DNA of 64,000 nucleotides, taken from the NCBI GenBank assembly GCA_964195425.1, contig CAXMOM010000013.1, positions 70,069 through 134,068 on the forward strand, given 5' to 3'. Every line of letters starts with the position of its first letter. Within the stretch, counting starts at the first letter, position 1. This stretch comes from Acidiferrobacterales bacterium (lineage in GTDB: Bacteria > Pseudomonadota > Gammaproteobacteria > Enterobacterales > Alteromonadaceae). The position numbers and the translations under genes were made by a program. This document shows, one piece after another, positions 11,144 through 19,754 of the stretch. The notes beneath the pieces were generated by a model. That model saw only the letters and a program-made list of their open reading frames with translations, had not been told where the DNA came from and did not search any database.

Positions 11144-12013
11144 TTACCATCCCCATTTTTGTCTAAGTGTCATATTGCCTGCCCATAGTAGAAATATCAT
11201 TCCAACTGCTAAATTAACACCAATGTTTTGTTGCCAAAAAAAGGTCCCTAAAACAGCTGCAAAAACAACACTCGAGTAGCCTAGCAAGCCTATTTTTACT
11301 GGAGATGCATACTGATATGCCTTTGTCATAAGGAGTTGCCCAACCACGGCTAAACTGCTCATAATGACAATAAGCCACCAAGCATCGCTGGGAATAGGCT
11401 GCCAATACAGTACCATAATGGGAAAACTGACTACCGTTGACAGGCTTGTAAAGTAAAACACAATGCGTATTGCAGGTTCTGTATCTGACAGTTTACTTAA
11501 AGTGCATTTTGTCGTGGCAACCAAGAGGGCGCAGCACAACCCTACAGCGGCAAAAGCCCATTTAAATTCTGGGTTTTGATTAGACAGATCGAGAATAAAA
11601 AGTACGCCTATAAAGCCTACTCCTATAGCGACAACACTTTTTACGCTAATGGCCTCTTTTAACCAATAGTGAGCAATAACGGGAATGAAAAAAGGTGCGA
11701 TTTTCAGCGCTAACACCGCCGATGTTAATGGCAAATTAGCCAGCATATAAAAAAAGCAATACATGCCGGTGAGGCCTGTTAGTGCTCGAAAGAAATGCAA
11801 ACCGAGGCGACCAGTGTTGAGTAAAGAAAATTTTCCTTTCGCGACCCAAGGTAGTAATACCAGCATGGCAAACAGGTTTCTGAAAAAAATAAGTTGGGAT
11901 TGATTAAGTGTTTCGCTTAAATACTTTATAAGCCCGCCTACGCCTGCAAACAGGGCTTCAGCTGTAACAAGAATGAGGGCGCCAATATAGACAGATTTGA
12001 CTGGTGTATGCAT
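11144..12013 (-). CDS. EamA/DMT-family inner-membrane transporter
   Basis: About 10 hydrophobic helices, QLIFFRN motif, two EamA-like repeats. ATG at 12013 preferred over TTG at 12040. Confidence 0.85.
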   Translation of the reverse strand: MHTPVKSVYIGALILVTAEALFAGVGGLIKYLSETLNQSQLIFFRNLFAMLVLLPWVAKGKFSLLNTGRLGLHFFRALTGLTGMYCFFYMLANLPLTSAVLALKIAPFFIPVIAHYWLKEAISVKSVVAIGVGFIGVLFILDLSNQNPEFKWAFAAVGLCCALLVATTKCTLSKLSDTEPAIRIVFYFTSLSTVVSFPIMVLYWQPIPSDAWWLIVIMSSLAVVGQLLMTKAYQYASPVKIGLLGYSSVVFAAVLGTFFWQQNIGVNLAVGMIFLLWAGNMTLRQKWGW

Positions 12014-12210
12014 TCCAAAGAGTGTAGCACAAAGACCCAAGTCAACCCATACGAAACATGTGAGGATAACTTAATTGAAGGTATGTAAAAAGACGTAAAC
12101 GATTTAGAAAAGTGATTGATTTAGAACATTTAACTAGTATCTAGGGTATGGCATAATGTAAGTATTAAGTTAGCGCTTTTTGCTAGGTTACCTAGGGAAA
12201 CAAAATAATT

Positions 12211-13413
12211 ATGCATAAAACAAATTTCGATTGCTGCGTGATTGGCGGTGGTATGGTGGGTGCAGCTTTAGCACTAGGCCTAGCTAAGCAGTCATACAAA
12301 GTTGCATTAATCGAAAAGCAATCGTTAGCACCATTTGATAGCGCCCAAGCACCTGATATTCGCTTGTCTGCGCTGAATATGCATTCGGTAAAATTAATGT
12401 CGACTTTGGGCGCGTGGCAGCATATGCAAAAAATGCGTTATAGACCCTACGATACTTTAAGCGTTTGGGACGGTGAAAGTACTCATGTTCACGGTAAAAT
12501 TTCTAATAACAAGGGTATTACACAATTTACTGCGGCTGAAATTAACCAACCATTGTTGGGCTACTTTGTTGAGAACCGTCTTGTTCAACTTGCCCTATAT
12601 GAAGAGATACAAGCAAATTACAGTAATGAAGTTACGTGTATACACGAGCAAGCTGTTACCGATATAGATGTTAACGAGGGTAGGGTCTCTCTTAGCAGCG
12701 GTCAGGTGATTGAAGCGGCTATTGTTTTGGGCGCCGATGGCGCAAATTCTCAACTTAGACAAGCGGCAGGAATTCCCACAAGCGGTTGGCAGTATGCACA
12801 AAAAGCAAACGCTGTACTCATCAAAACAAAAAACAGAGTGCCTGATGAAACTTGGCAGGCATTTTATGCTACTGGACCTCGTGCTTTGTTGCCTATGCAC
12901 GACAACTACGCATGCTTGGTTTGGTATCATGATGCACAGCAAAGTGAATGGATTCAACAAGCCCCTGTGGATGAGCTAAAAGCCTCTATAAAGGAGCACT
13001 TCCCTGATTTGATAGGTGATTTCGATATTGTAAAAGTACTTGGCTTTTCGCTTACCCGAATGCATGCTGGCCGCTATGGACAGGGCAGGTCGATTATTGC
13101 TGGGGACGCTGCCCACACTATTAACCCCTTGGCAGGGCAAGGTGTAAATTTAGGCTTTAAGGATGTGACTGCTATTTTGGATATTATCAAATTAAATGGC
13201 TTACAAAATCCACAGGCGATAATTAAGTCCTATGAACACAAACGTCGTGTGCCTAATTTACTAATGATGTCTACGATGGATGTGCTCTATCAGAGTTTTT
13301 CAACTTCCTTTATACCTATGAAAATTGCCCGTGGCATTGGACTTAAGCTCGCCCATAACGCTGGCCCTGTTAAACAAATGGCGCTTAAATACGCAATGGG
13401 CTTAGCCCCGTAA
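12211..13413 (+). CDS. ubiF: FAD-dependent ubiquinone-biosynthesis hydroxylase (UbiF type)
   Basis: GGGMVG, GADGANS, GDAAHTINPLAGQGVNLGF; lies between miaB and the Gln/Leu/Met tRNA operon as in E. coli. Confidence 0.85.
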   Translation: MHKTNFDCCVIGGGMVGAALALGLAKQSYKVALIEKQSLAPFDSAQAPDIRLSALNMHSVKLMSTLGAWQHMQKMRYRPYDTLSVWDGESTHVHGKISNNKGITQFTAAEINQPLLGYFVENRLVQLALYEEIQANYSNEVTCIHEQAVTDIDVNEGRVSLSSGQVIEAAIVLGADGANSQLRQAAGIPTSGWQYAQKANAVLIKTKNRVPDETWQAFYATGPRALLPMHDNYACLVWYHDAQQSEWIQQAPVDELKASIKEHFPDLIGDFDIVKVLGFSLTRMHAGRYGQGRSIIAGDAAHTINPLAGQGVNLGFKDVTAILDIIKLNGLQNPQAIIKSYEHKRRVPNLLMMSTMDVLYQSFSTSFIPMKIARGIGLKLAHNAGPVKQMALKYAMGLAP

Positions 13414-13539
13414 GAAATTCCAATATTGTACTATGTGTTTACCTTGGCTTATTATTACTATTATGTCGCTAGACTATTGATATTATGACTAATCCACCGC
13501 ATATAATAAACAATCTAAGTTTGTTCTAAAGAGGTATGT

Positions 13540-13713
13540 ATGTCAGTTTTCGTTATTTTGGGAGTTTTGTTTTTAGCCATGGTCATACTTATTCCGCTGT
13601 TGGAAAAGTCGGGTAAACGCATGAGTGATGAAACCACAGCTAAGGTATCTCGTTGGATATTTCCATTGTTAATTGTTGCAATACTTGTAGGATTATTTAG
13701 TACATTTTTGTAG
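13540..13713 (+). CDS. 57-aa small membrane protein not in the ORF track
   Basis: GAGG SD then ATG. Translates as MSVFVILGVLFLAMVILIPLLEKSGKRMSDETTAKVSRWIFPLLIVAILVGLFSTFL*, two hydrophobic helices joined by a charged loop. Confidence 0.7.
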   Translation: MSVFVILGVLFLAMVILIPLLEKSGKRMSDETTAKVSRWIFPLLIVAILVGLFSTFL

Positions 13714-13805
13714 CTAGACTTGTTTTTAGGGTATTTTGTAGAAGTTCTAGCGCGCATCCATATTATGCAAAATTCTCTTTATGGATAGCCATACTAAGTA
13801 TATCC

Positions 13806-13839
13806 GCGACTCATCTCATCTGGTGAGTCGCTTTATTTT
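13806..13839 (+). terminator. Intrinsic terminator between the small ORF and the convergent symporter
   Basis: GCGACTCA-N10-TGAGTCGC followed by TTTATTTT. Confidence 0.55.
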
Positions 13840-13863
13840 GGTAAAGTTTAATCGCACAACTTA

Positions 13864-15345
13864 TCAACCCCTGCCTTGCCAAATTTCCTTTTCTTCTAGC
13901 TGTCCTTGAATTAAGCAGTCTTCTTTTGTAAAGGTGATTTTTTTATTCGCTTTGCGTTTCTCTCGATAATCATTGGTAACCGCTACAATTGTGGGAGTCA
14001 AAATAACAATTGCGATTATATTAACCAGTGTCATAAGACCTAGTGCCATATCTGCCATCGCCCATACTACCGGTAAAGAGGCTACCGAACCCCATAAAAT
14101 CATTCCCAAATAGCCAGCGGTGTAGAAGCGTCGCCCAAATTTATTGTCGAGTTTAAACATGTGTAAATTACTTTCGCCGTAAGCATAGTTTGCGACTACT
14201 GAGGTAAAGGCGAATAAACAAATAGCGGCTGCAACAAAGTCACTGCCTACAACCCCTAAATGAGCTTCCATCGCTGTTTGGGTAAGTCTAATTCCTTCCA
14301 TTTCGCCAATCCCTGTTTGGGTGCCTAGCAAAATAATAAAAGCAGTACAGGTACATAGCACCATGGTGTCGATAAATACTCCAAGCATCTGTACATAGCC
14401 TTGCGAGGCCGGATGATTTGGCTCAGGTGAGGCGGCCGCTGCAGCGTGAGGCACGCTACCTGACCCCGCTTCATTTGAATACAGACCTCGTTGTATACCG
14501 TTTTTAATAGCTGCGGCTAAGGCGCCTGCACCAGCTTCTTGAAGGCCAAATGCGCTAGTAATAATGTCATACAGTACAGAGGGAAGTAATTGGATGTTAA
14601 TAATAGTAATGACCAATGCTACGGTCACATAGGTTATGCCCATGAAAGGAACCACATATTCGGCAAAGCGCGCAATTGCTCTAAGTCCACCTACTACAAT
14701 AAGTGCGGCTAACACAATAATGCCTAAGCCAGAGTAAATAGTCGGTAGCTGATAGCTGTTATTTAAAGCATCAGCAATAGTGTTTGCTTGAACTGCGCTA
14801 AATACAAAACCGTAACCAAAGAATAAGCAAAGCGCAAAAATAAATGCGAAGGCCTTATTTTGAATCCCTTGCTGAATGTAATATGCAGGCCCACCACGAT
14901 ACTGGCCGTTGGAATCTTTGATTTTATATACTTGCCCCAGGACGCTTTCAGCGTAGCCCGTTGCCATACCTAAAAGTGCAATTACCCACATCCAAAAAAT
15001 AGCACCTGCGCCACCTAAGGAAATTGCCACCGCGACGCCCGCTAAGTTACCCGTGCCAACGCGTGCAGACAAACTGGTGCATAGCGCTTGAAAAGAGCTA
15101 ATGCCGGCTTCATCGGAGTTTGTGCTTTTGCGCATAAGCGAAAACATGTGTTTAAAGTCGAATATTTGAATAAACTTTAATCGCCAGCTAAACCAAATGC
15201 CGGCTATCAGCAATAGGAATATTAGAATGCCATAAGTCGTTTGATCTCCCCACAGCCAATAATTGACAATGCTTACTGCATAGATAATCGCGTTTTGTAT
15301 GGGGATGAGGATATTTTCTAGAATCGAAGTGATAGTTTCATTCAT
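13864..15345 (-). CDS. Alanine/glycine:cation symporter (AGCS family, AlsT-like)
   Basis: SLSARVGTGNLAGVAVAI, GGPAYYI, RGLYSNEAGSGS, FAFTSVVANY. Confidence 0.92.
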   Translation of the reverse strand: MNETITSILENILIPIQNAIIYAVSIVNYWLWGDQTTYGILIFLLLIAGIWFSWRLKFIQIFDFKHMFSLMRKSTNSDEAGISSFQALCTSLSARVGTGNLAGVAVAISLGGAGAIFWMWVIALLGMATGYAESVLGQVYKIKDSNGQYRGGPAYYIQQGIQNKAFAFIFALCLFFGYGFVFSAVQANTIADALNNSYQLPTIYSGLGIIVLAALIVVGGLRAIARFAEYVVPFMGITYVTVALVITIINIQLLPSVLYDIITSAFGLQEAGAGALAAAIKNGIQRGLYSNEAGSGSVPHAAAAASPEPNHPASQGYVQMLGVFIDTMVLCTCTAFIILLGTQTGIGEMEGIRLTQTAMEAHLGVVGSDFVAAAICLFAFTSVVANYAYGESNLHMFKLDNKFGRRFYTAGYLGMILWGSVASLPVVWAMADMALGLMTLVNIIAIVILTPTIVAVTNDYREKRKANKKITFTKEDCLIQGQLEEKEIWQGRG

Positions 15346-15507
15346 AGGATAGAACTACTATTTTTTATTATTTTTCTTAGAGGTTATTTCTATTGTGCAA
15401 GATTTTTAGCACTTTCACCACGCAAAATCATTAAACAGGAGAAAAAAATAATGTAGAAAGGAAAATTAAGATGATTTAAGGAAGCTATTTTTACAAGCCT
15501 TAGATAC

Positions 15508-15536
15508 AAAAACGCCGGTCTTAGACCGGCGTTTTT
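15508..15536 (-). terminator. Terminator of the tRNA operon
   Basis: AAAAACGCCGGT-CTTAG-ACCGGCGTTTTT perfect inverted repeat, 5 nt past the last tRNA. Confidence 0.85.
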
Positions 15537-15541
15537 AAAAA

Positions 15542-15617
15542 TGGCTGGGGTAGCAGGACTTGAACCTACGAATGACGGGATCAAAACCCGTTGCCTTACC
15601 AACTTGGCTATACCCCA
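15542..15617 (-). tRNA. tRNA-Gln (UUG)
   Basis: TGGGGTATAGCCAAGTTGGTAAGGCA...; anticodon arm ACGGG-TTTTGAT-CCCGT; GTTCAAGTC T-loop; encoded CCA. Confidence 0.97.
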
Positions 15618-15659
15618 ATAAAAGTCAGCCTAAAGTAGACTGACTTTTGTTGGAAAAAA

Positions 15660-15735
15660 TGGCTGGGGTAGCAGGACTTGAACCTACGAATGACGGGATC
15701 AAAACCCGTTGCCTTACCAACTTGGCTATACCCCA
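15660..15735 (-). tRNA. tRNA-Gln (UUG), identical copy
   Basis: Same 76-nt sequence as 15542-15617. Confidence 0.97.
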
Positions 15736-15778
15736 ATAAAAATCAGCCTAAAATAAGCTAATTTGTCTTGGAAAAAAA

Positions 15779-15854
15779 TGGCTGGGGTAGCAGGACTTGA
15801 ACCTACGAATGACGGGATCAAAACCCGTTGCCTTACCAACTTGGCTATACCCCA
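15779..15854 (-). tRNA. tRNA-Gln (UUG), identical copy
   Basis: Same 76-nt sequence. Confidence 0.97.
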
Positions 15855-15858
15855 GCAA

Positions 15859-15943
15859 TGGTGCGGAAGGAGAGACTTGAACTCTCACGCCGTGAAGCAC
15901 TGGAACCTAAATCCAGCGTGTCTACCAATTCCACCACTCCCGC
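15859..15943 (-). tRNA. tRNA-Leu (UAG)
   Basis: GCGGGAGTGGTGGAATTGGTAGACACG; anticodon arm CTGGA-TTTAGGT-TCCAG; long variable arm; CCA. Confidence 0.96.
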
Positions 15944-15969
15944 ACGGGAGTACTCTAACAGATATAAAA

Positions 15970-16046
15970 TGGTGGCTACGGCGGGACTCGAACCTGCGAC
16001 CCCATCATTATGAGTGATGTGCTCTAACCAGCTGAGCTACGTAGCC
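15970..16046 (-). tRNA. Elongator tRNA-Met (CAU)
   Basis: GGCTACGTAGCTCAGCTGGTTAGAGCA; anticodon arm CATCA-CTCATAA-TGATG; paired G1-C72; CCA. The order Met-Leu-Gln matches E. coli metT-leuW-glnU. Confidence 0.95.
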
Positions 16047-16076
16047 TTTCTTTTACTCTGTTTCTGAGTGGCGCGT

Positions 16077-16105
16077 ATTATGCTTAGTTGAACTCTAAGC
16101 GTCAA
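16077..16105 (-). promoter_or_regulatory. Sigma70 stable-RNA promoter of the tRNA operon
   Basis: TTGACG-N17-CATAAT followed by the GC-rich discriminator ACGCGCC; A/T tract upstream. Confidence 0.8.
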
Positions 16106-16402
16106 CCGTTTTTTGCCAAAAATAGAGCAAAATAAGGCTGTTGATTACAAACTAACCAACAAATACAATAATTTTAGTACTTAGCCTGCACTTTTAGGCG
16201 AAATACCATACTTGATATAAAAATTAACAAGCTGTACTTTAATTTCGTCGACTAAGGTAGCCGCGCTAGTTTAGCGTCACATGATGGAAGTGGAAAAGGA
16301 ACTAAGAATACAAAAAGGATGAGAATGCTAAAATTAACGTTCAGACAAGAGAGTTTTGTTTAAAGTGTATAAGACAAGCAGCGAGGTGTTTGTGGCGGGC
16401 AG

Positions 16403-16435
16403 AAAAAAGGGAAGCATTTACTATGCTTCCCTTTT
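16403..16435 (-). terminator. Terminator after ychF
   Basis: AAAAGGGAAGCAT-N5-ATGCTTCCCTTTT with a U-tract on the minus strand. Confidence 0.8.
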
Positions 16436-16437
16436 AA

Positions 16438-17529
16438 TTAAACGTTAAAGCGGAAATGAATCACATCACCGTCTTTTACAATATATTCCTTGCCTTCCAG
16501 GCGCCATTTTCCAGCGTCCTTAGCCCCAGACTCGCCTTTGTTGGTAACATAGTCATCAAAACCTACGATTTCGGCGCGAATAAAGCCTTTTTCAAAATCG
16601 GTGTGTATTTTACCCGCGGCTTGTGGGGCAGTTGAGCCCTCAGGGTAGGTCCATGCTCTCACTTCTTTTACGCCTGCCGTAAAGTAAGTTTGTAAAGTAA
16701 GTAAATCATAGCCCGCACGAATAACGCGGTTTAAACCAGGTTCATTTAATCCAAGCTCTTCCATAAACTCTTGTTTTTCTTCTTCATCAAGTTCAGCAAT
16801 ATCAGATTCTATTGCAGCACAAACACTCACTACCGCTGCATTTTCGCTTTTGGCAATGGCAACAACTTGATCAAGGTAAGGATTATTTTCAAAGCCTTCT
16901 TCATTTACGTTGGCAATATACATGGTTGGCTTCAGTGTTAAAAAGTTCATATAAGAAATTGCCGCATGTTCTTCTTTGGTCATAACGAGCGATCTTAATA
17001 GCCCGCCATCATTAAGATGAGGTAATACTTTTTCTAAGACTTTCATTTCAAACTTAGCGTCACTTTCACCGCTTTTAGCTCTTTTTCCTACTCGATGCAT
17101 CGCTTTTTCAGTCGTTTCTAAATCGGCTAAGCCTAATTCTGTATTAATAACATCAATATCTTCTTGTGGGTTAACTTTACCCGCTACATGAATTATGTTT
17201 TCGTCATCAAAGCAACGTACCACGTGACCAATAGCATCGGTTTCTCTAATGTTAGCCAAGAATTTATTGCCTAAACCTTCACCTTTAGATGCGCCAGCCA
17301 CTAAACCTGCTATATCCACAAACTCCATGGTAGTCGGAATAACACGTTGAGGGTTTACAATTGCGGCCAGTTGGTCCAAACGTGTGTCGGGCACAGGTAC
17401 TATGCCTGTGTTTGGTTCAATTGTGCAGAATGGGAAGTTTGCAGCTTCTATCCCTGCTTTAGTTAATGCATTAAATAGAGTCGATTTACCGACGTTAGGT
17501 AAACCTACTATGCCACATTTGAAACCCAT
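16438..17529 (-). CDS. ychF: Ribosome-binding ATPase YchF
   Basis: [34 protein letters not shown]-terminal TGS domain (HFRFNV). Confidence 0.98.
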   Translation of the reverse strand: MGFKCGIVGLPNVGKSTLFNALTKAGIEAANFPFCTIEPNTGIVPVPDTRLDQLAAIVNPQRVIPTTMEFVDIAGLVAGASKGEGLGNKFLANIRETDAIGHVVRCFDDENIIHVAGKVNPQEDIDVINTELGLADLETTEKAMHRVGKRAKSGESDAKFEMKVLEKVLPHLNDGGLLRSLVMTKEEHAAISYMNFLTLKPTMYIANVNEEGFENNPYLDQVVAIAKSENAAVVSVCAAIESDIAELDEEEKQEFMEELGLNEPGLNRVIRAGYDLLTLQTYFTAGVKEVRAWTYPEGSTAPQAAGKIHTDFEKGFIRAEIVGFDDYVTNKGESGAKDAGKWRLEGKEYIVKDGDVIHFRFNV

Positions 17530-17580
17530 AATTACCTCTGTTTAGATTGTTTTGTTCACACAGTTATATGCCATTACTGA

Positions 17581-18165
17581 TTATTCGGCCTTAAAACTGT
17601 GTAACCTTTGTTGTGCTTTTGTCAGGTCTTGCTCATAAAGTATTGGTATGCAGCGCATGGCTTCATCAATAGCATCTTCGATGCGATCGTAGTCAACTTT
17701 AGGTGCTTTTGATAATACGTGGCCAGTGACTTTGCTTTTATGCCCTGGGTGGCCAATGCCGATGCGTAAGCGCAAAAATTCACGTTGATTGCTCATGCAA
17801 CTAACAATATCTTTTATGCCATTTTGGCTTGAACTACCGCCAATTTTGAATTTCGCAATACCGGGGTCAAAATCTAACTCGTCATACGCTACCAGCATTT
17901 CATCAATCCCTATTTTATAGAATTGACAAATAGCCGCAACAGACTTGCCGCTTAAATTCATAAACGTAATAGGGATGAGAAGACGAACATCTTGGCCAGC
18001 AATTGTGCCGCGGCCAGTAAAACCAAAAAACTTAGCGTCGAGTTTTAGGTTTATGGCAAACCTCGAGGCTAAGTTTTCTACAAATTGTGCACCGGCATTA
18101 TGCCGTGTTTGATGATATTCTGGACCTGGATTACCCAGGCCCACAATTAAACGTATAGTCGACAC
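17581..18165 (-). CDS. pth: Peptidyl-tRNA hydrolase (variant active-site loop)
   Basis: IVGLGNPG, TRHNAG, FMNLSG, LRLRIGIGHP. GTG start 3 nt after the rplY stop. Confidence 0.95.
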   Translation of the reverse strand: MSTIRLIVGLGNPGPEYHQTRHNAGAQFVENLASRFAINLKLDAKFFGFTGRGTIAGQDVRLLIPITFMNLSGKSVAAICQFYKIGIDEMLVAYDELDFDPGIAKFKIGGSSSQNGIKDIVSCMSNQREFLRLRIGIGHPGHKSKVTGHVLSKAPKVDYDRIEDAIDEAMRCIPILYEQDLTKAQQRLHSFKAE

Positions 18166-18168
18166 CGA

Positions 18169-18834
18169 TTATTCCTTGGCGTCTTCTTCTCCTGCAACGT
18201 TTGGAGCATTCGGAGCTACTGGGGCTGCGTCATCTTCTTCGGCAGCCTTAACTTTCGCTAGTTTAACAGTAACTACCGGTAAATCGTGTTCCTCGCCCTT
18301 TGATAATTCAACCGACTCAACACCTTTCGGTAAGGTAATGTCAGAGATATGCAGGGTTTGGCCTAATTCAACGTTAGCTAAGTCAACTTCAATGTACTCT
18401 GGTAAGTCAGTTGGTAAACAAGTGATTTCCATTTCATTCATGCTGTGCTCTGCGTGACCGCCTTCAAGCTTGATAGAATCTGCATTGTCTTCATTGATAA
18501 AATGAAGAGGCACGTTAGTGGTTAATTTCTCACCGGCTACTATGCGTAAAAAATCCATGTGCGTAACTTTAGGCTTAAAAGGGTGACGCTGCATGTCTTT
18601 AAGTAGCGCTTCTTCTTTTTTGCCATTAATATTGATTGTTAGCACGTGTGAGTAAAAAGCTTCAAAATCTTGTGCTTGAATTACTTTATTGTGATCGAGT
18701 GTAAGCGATACTGGCTCTTTGCCACCACCGTAAATAATGGCTGGTACTTTTCCTGCATGACGAAGGCGGCGGCTCGCACCTTTCCCTGAGTCAGTACGGA
18801 CTGTAGCATCCAAAGTAAATATTCCATTAGACAT
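18169..18834 (-). CDS. rplY: 50S ribosomal protein L25 (long Ctc form)
   Basis: [26 protein letters not shown], plus the C-terminal beta domain. Confidence 0.97.
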   Translation of the reverse strand: MSNGIFTLDATVRTDSGKGASRRLRHAGKVPAIIYGGGKEPVSLTLDHNKVIQAQDFEAFYSHVLTININGKKEEALLKDMQRHPFKPKVTHMDFLRIVAGEKLTTNVPLHFINEDNADSIKLEGGHAEHSMNEMEITCLPTDLPEYIEVDLANVELGQTLHISDITLPKGVESVELSKGEEHDLPVVTVKLAKVKAAEEDDAAPVAPNAPNVAGEEDAKE

Positions 18835-18890
18835 TATATGTCTCCAAATTTTGTATTAAATACGATTACGTAAGTAATATGATTAAGTTG

Positions 18891-18915
18891 GTAGTTTTTT
18901 GCGACCAAAAACTAC
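18891..18915 (-). promoter_or_regulatory. Hairpin in the rplY 5' leader with a GGUCGC loop (candidate L25 autogenous-control element)
   Basis: Minus strand reads GTAGTTTTT-GGTCGCA-AAAAACTAC, 57-81 nt upstream of the rplY ATG. Confidence 0.5.
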
Positions 18916-19055
18916 GTGATATATGTTGATATAATCCTATTGCTTGAATGCTACATTTTGCAAAGAGCGTGAATAAAATGTCACAAACATCCTAGAAAAA
19001 CGATAACAAAAAAGGCCGGAAAATAAAAACGCCGCTCGTTCTAAAACGGCGGCGT

Positions 19056-19084
19056 ATATTATCATTGACAATGCACAGGTACAA
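19056..19084 (-). promoter_or_regulatory. Putative rplY-pth-ychF promoter
   Basis: TTGTAC-N17-TAATAT followed by GC-rich ACGCCGCC. It abuts a hairpin (19026-19055) that could also terminate the upstream gene. Confidence 0.5.
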
Positions 19085-19112
19085 TCTGAAATTACCTAAA
19101 TATAGTTAATAT

Positions 19113-19586
19113 TTACATGGTTGGGTTTGTATTGAATACTTTTGACGCATCTAGGACTTTTATTTCTAGTACTTTTACTAGCTTACCAAATTGTTGTGTT
19201 GTGGCCCGGTCCGTTATGAGCTCCACTTTCATCTCAACGATTAATCCATTTTTACGGTGCTCACTTTTTAAACCTGATGGCATATATTTATCGCCGTTGT
19301 TTGCAATGAAGCCATAAAAACCGCCTTCAAATGTTTGATAGAGTATTTGGCCGGTAATAATCATTTGTTTTTTTTCCTTGATTTTAGTGTCAATGCCTTC
19401 TACCAATTTAATGTGTGTTTTATTAATAAGGTCTTCTTTATTTACACTATTTACAGGTTCAGAGTGAGCTAATTCTGTACTGCCGTCTTTTTGCTCACTA
19501 CTTCCGCACGCAGACAAACCTATTACAATTAATGCTAGAGCTAATCCTTTCAATAGTTTTGCCATGTATTGGTTTAAGTTGCTCAA
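19113..19586 (-). CDS. Hypothetical lipoprotein (start TTG 19586 or ATG 19565)
   Basis: Signal peptide KLLKGLALALIVIGLSAC with lipobox LSAC; small beta-rich C-terminal domain (ILYQTFEGGFYGFIANNGDKY). Confidence 0.75.
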   Translation of the reverse strand: MSNLNQYMAKLLKGLALALIVIGLSACGSSEQKDGSTELAHSEPVNSVNKEDLINKTHIKLVEGIDTKIKEKKQMIITGQILYQTFEGGFYGFIANNGDKYMPSGLKSEHRKNGLIVEMKVELITDRATTQQFGKLVKVLEIKVLDASKVFNTNPTM

Positions 19587-19703
19587 TATTTACTGTCCTT
19601 TAAGTCGCTTTTAAAAAGAGGATTACTAATTACTGTCCATTGCCCACAAGTATTAGGTCAGTATAGTCACTTTTAGTTCCCCACTTAACAAACGAGGCGA
19701 AAT

Positions 19704-19731
19704 AAAAAAGGCTTATCTTTCGATAAGCCTT
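19704..19731 (-). terminator. Terminator after prs
   Basis: AAGGCTTATC-TTTC-GATAAGCCTT with a U-tract on the minus strand. Confidence 0.8.
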
Positions 19732-19754
19732 CTAAAAATATCAGCGAGTAACAA

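Noticed and set aside
15346-15507. Possible glycine riboswitch upstream of the AGCS symporter
   Set aside because: The leader is short and AT-rich, and I cannot find the conserved GGAGA / CCGAAG / CUCUCAGG aptamer blocks.
15542-15854. Regularly spaced identical repeats resembling a CRISPR array
   Set aside because: The repeats are 76-nt tRNA-Gln genes, the spacers are homologous to each other, and there are no cas genes.
15390-16017. Short ORFs 15390-15602, 15763-16017 and 15828-16013
   Set aside because: These are translations of tRNA genes and their terminator.
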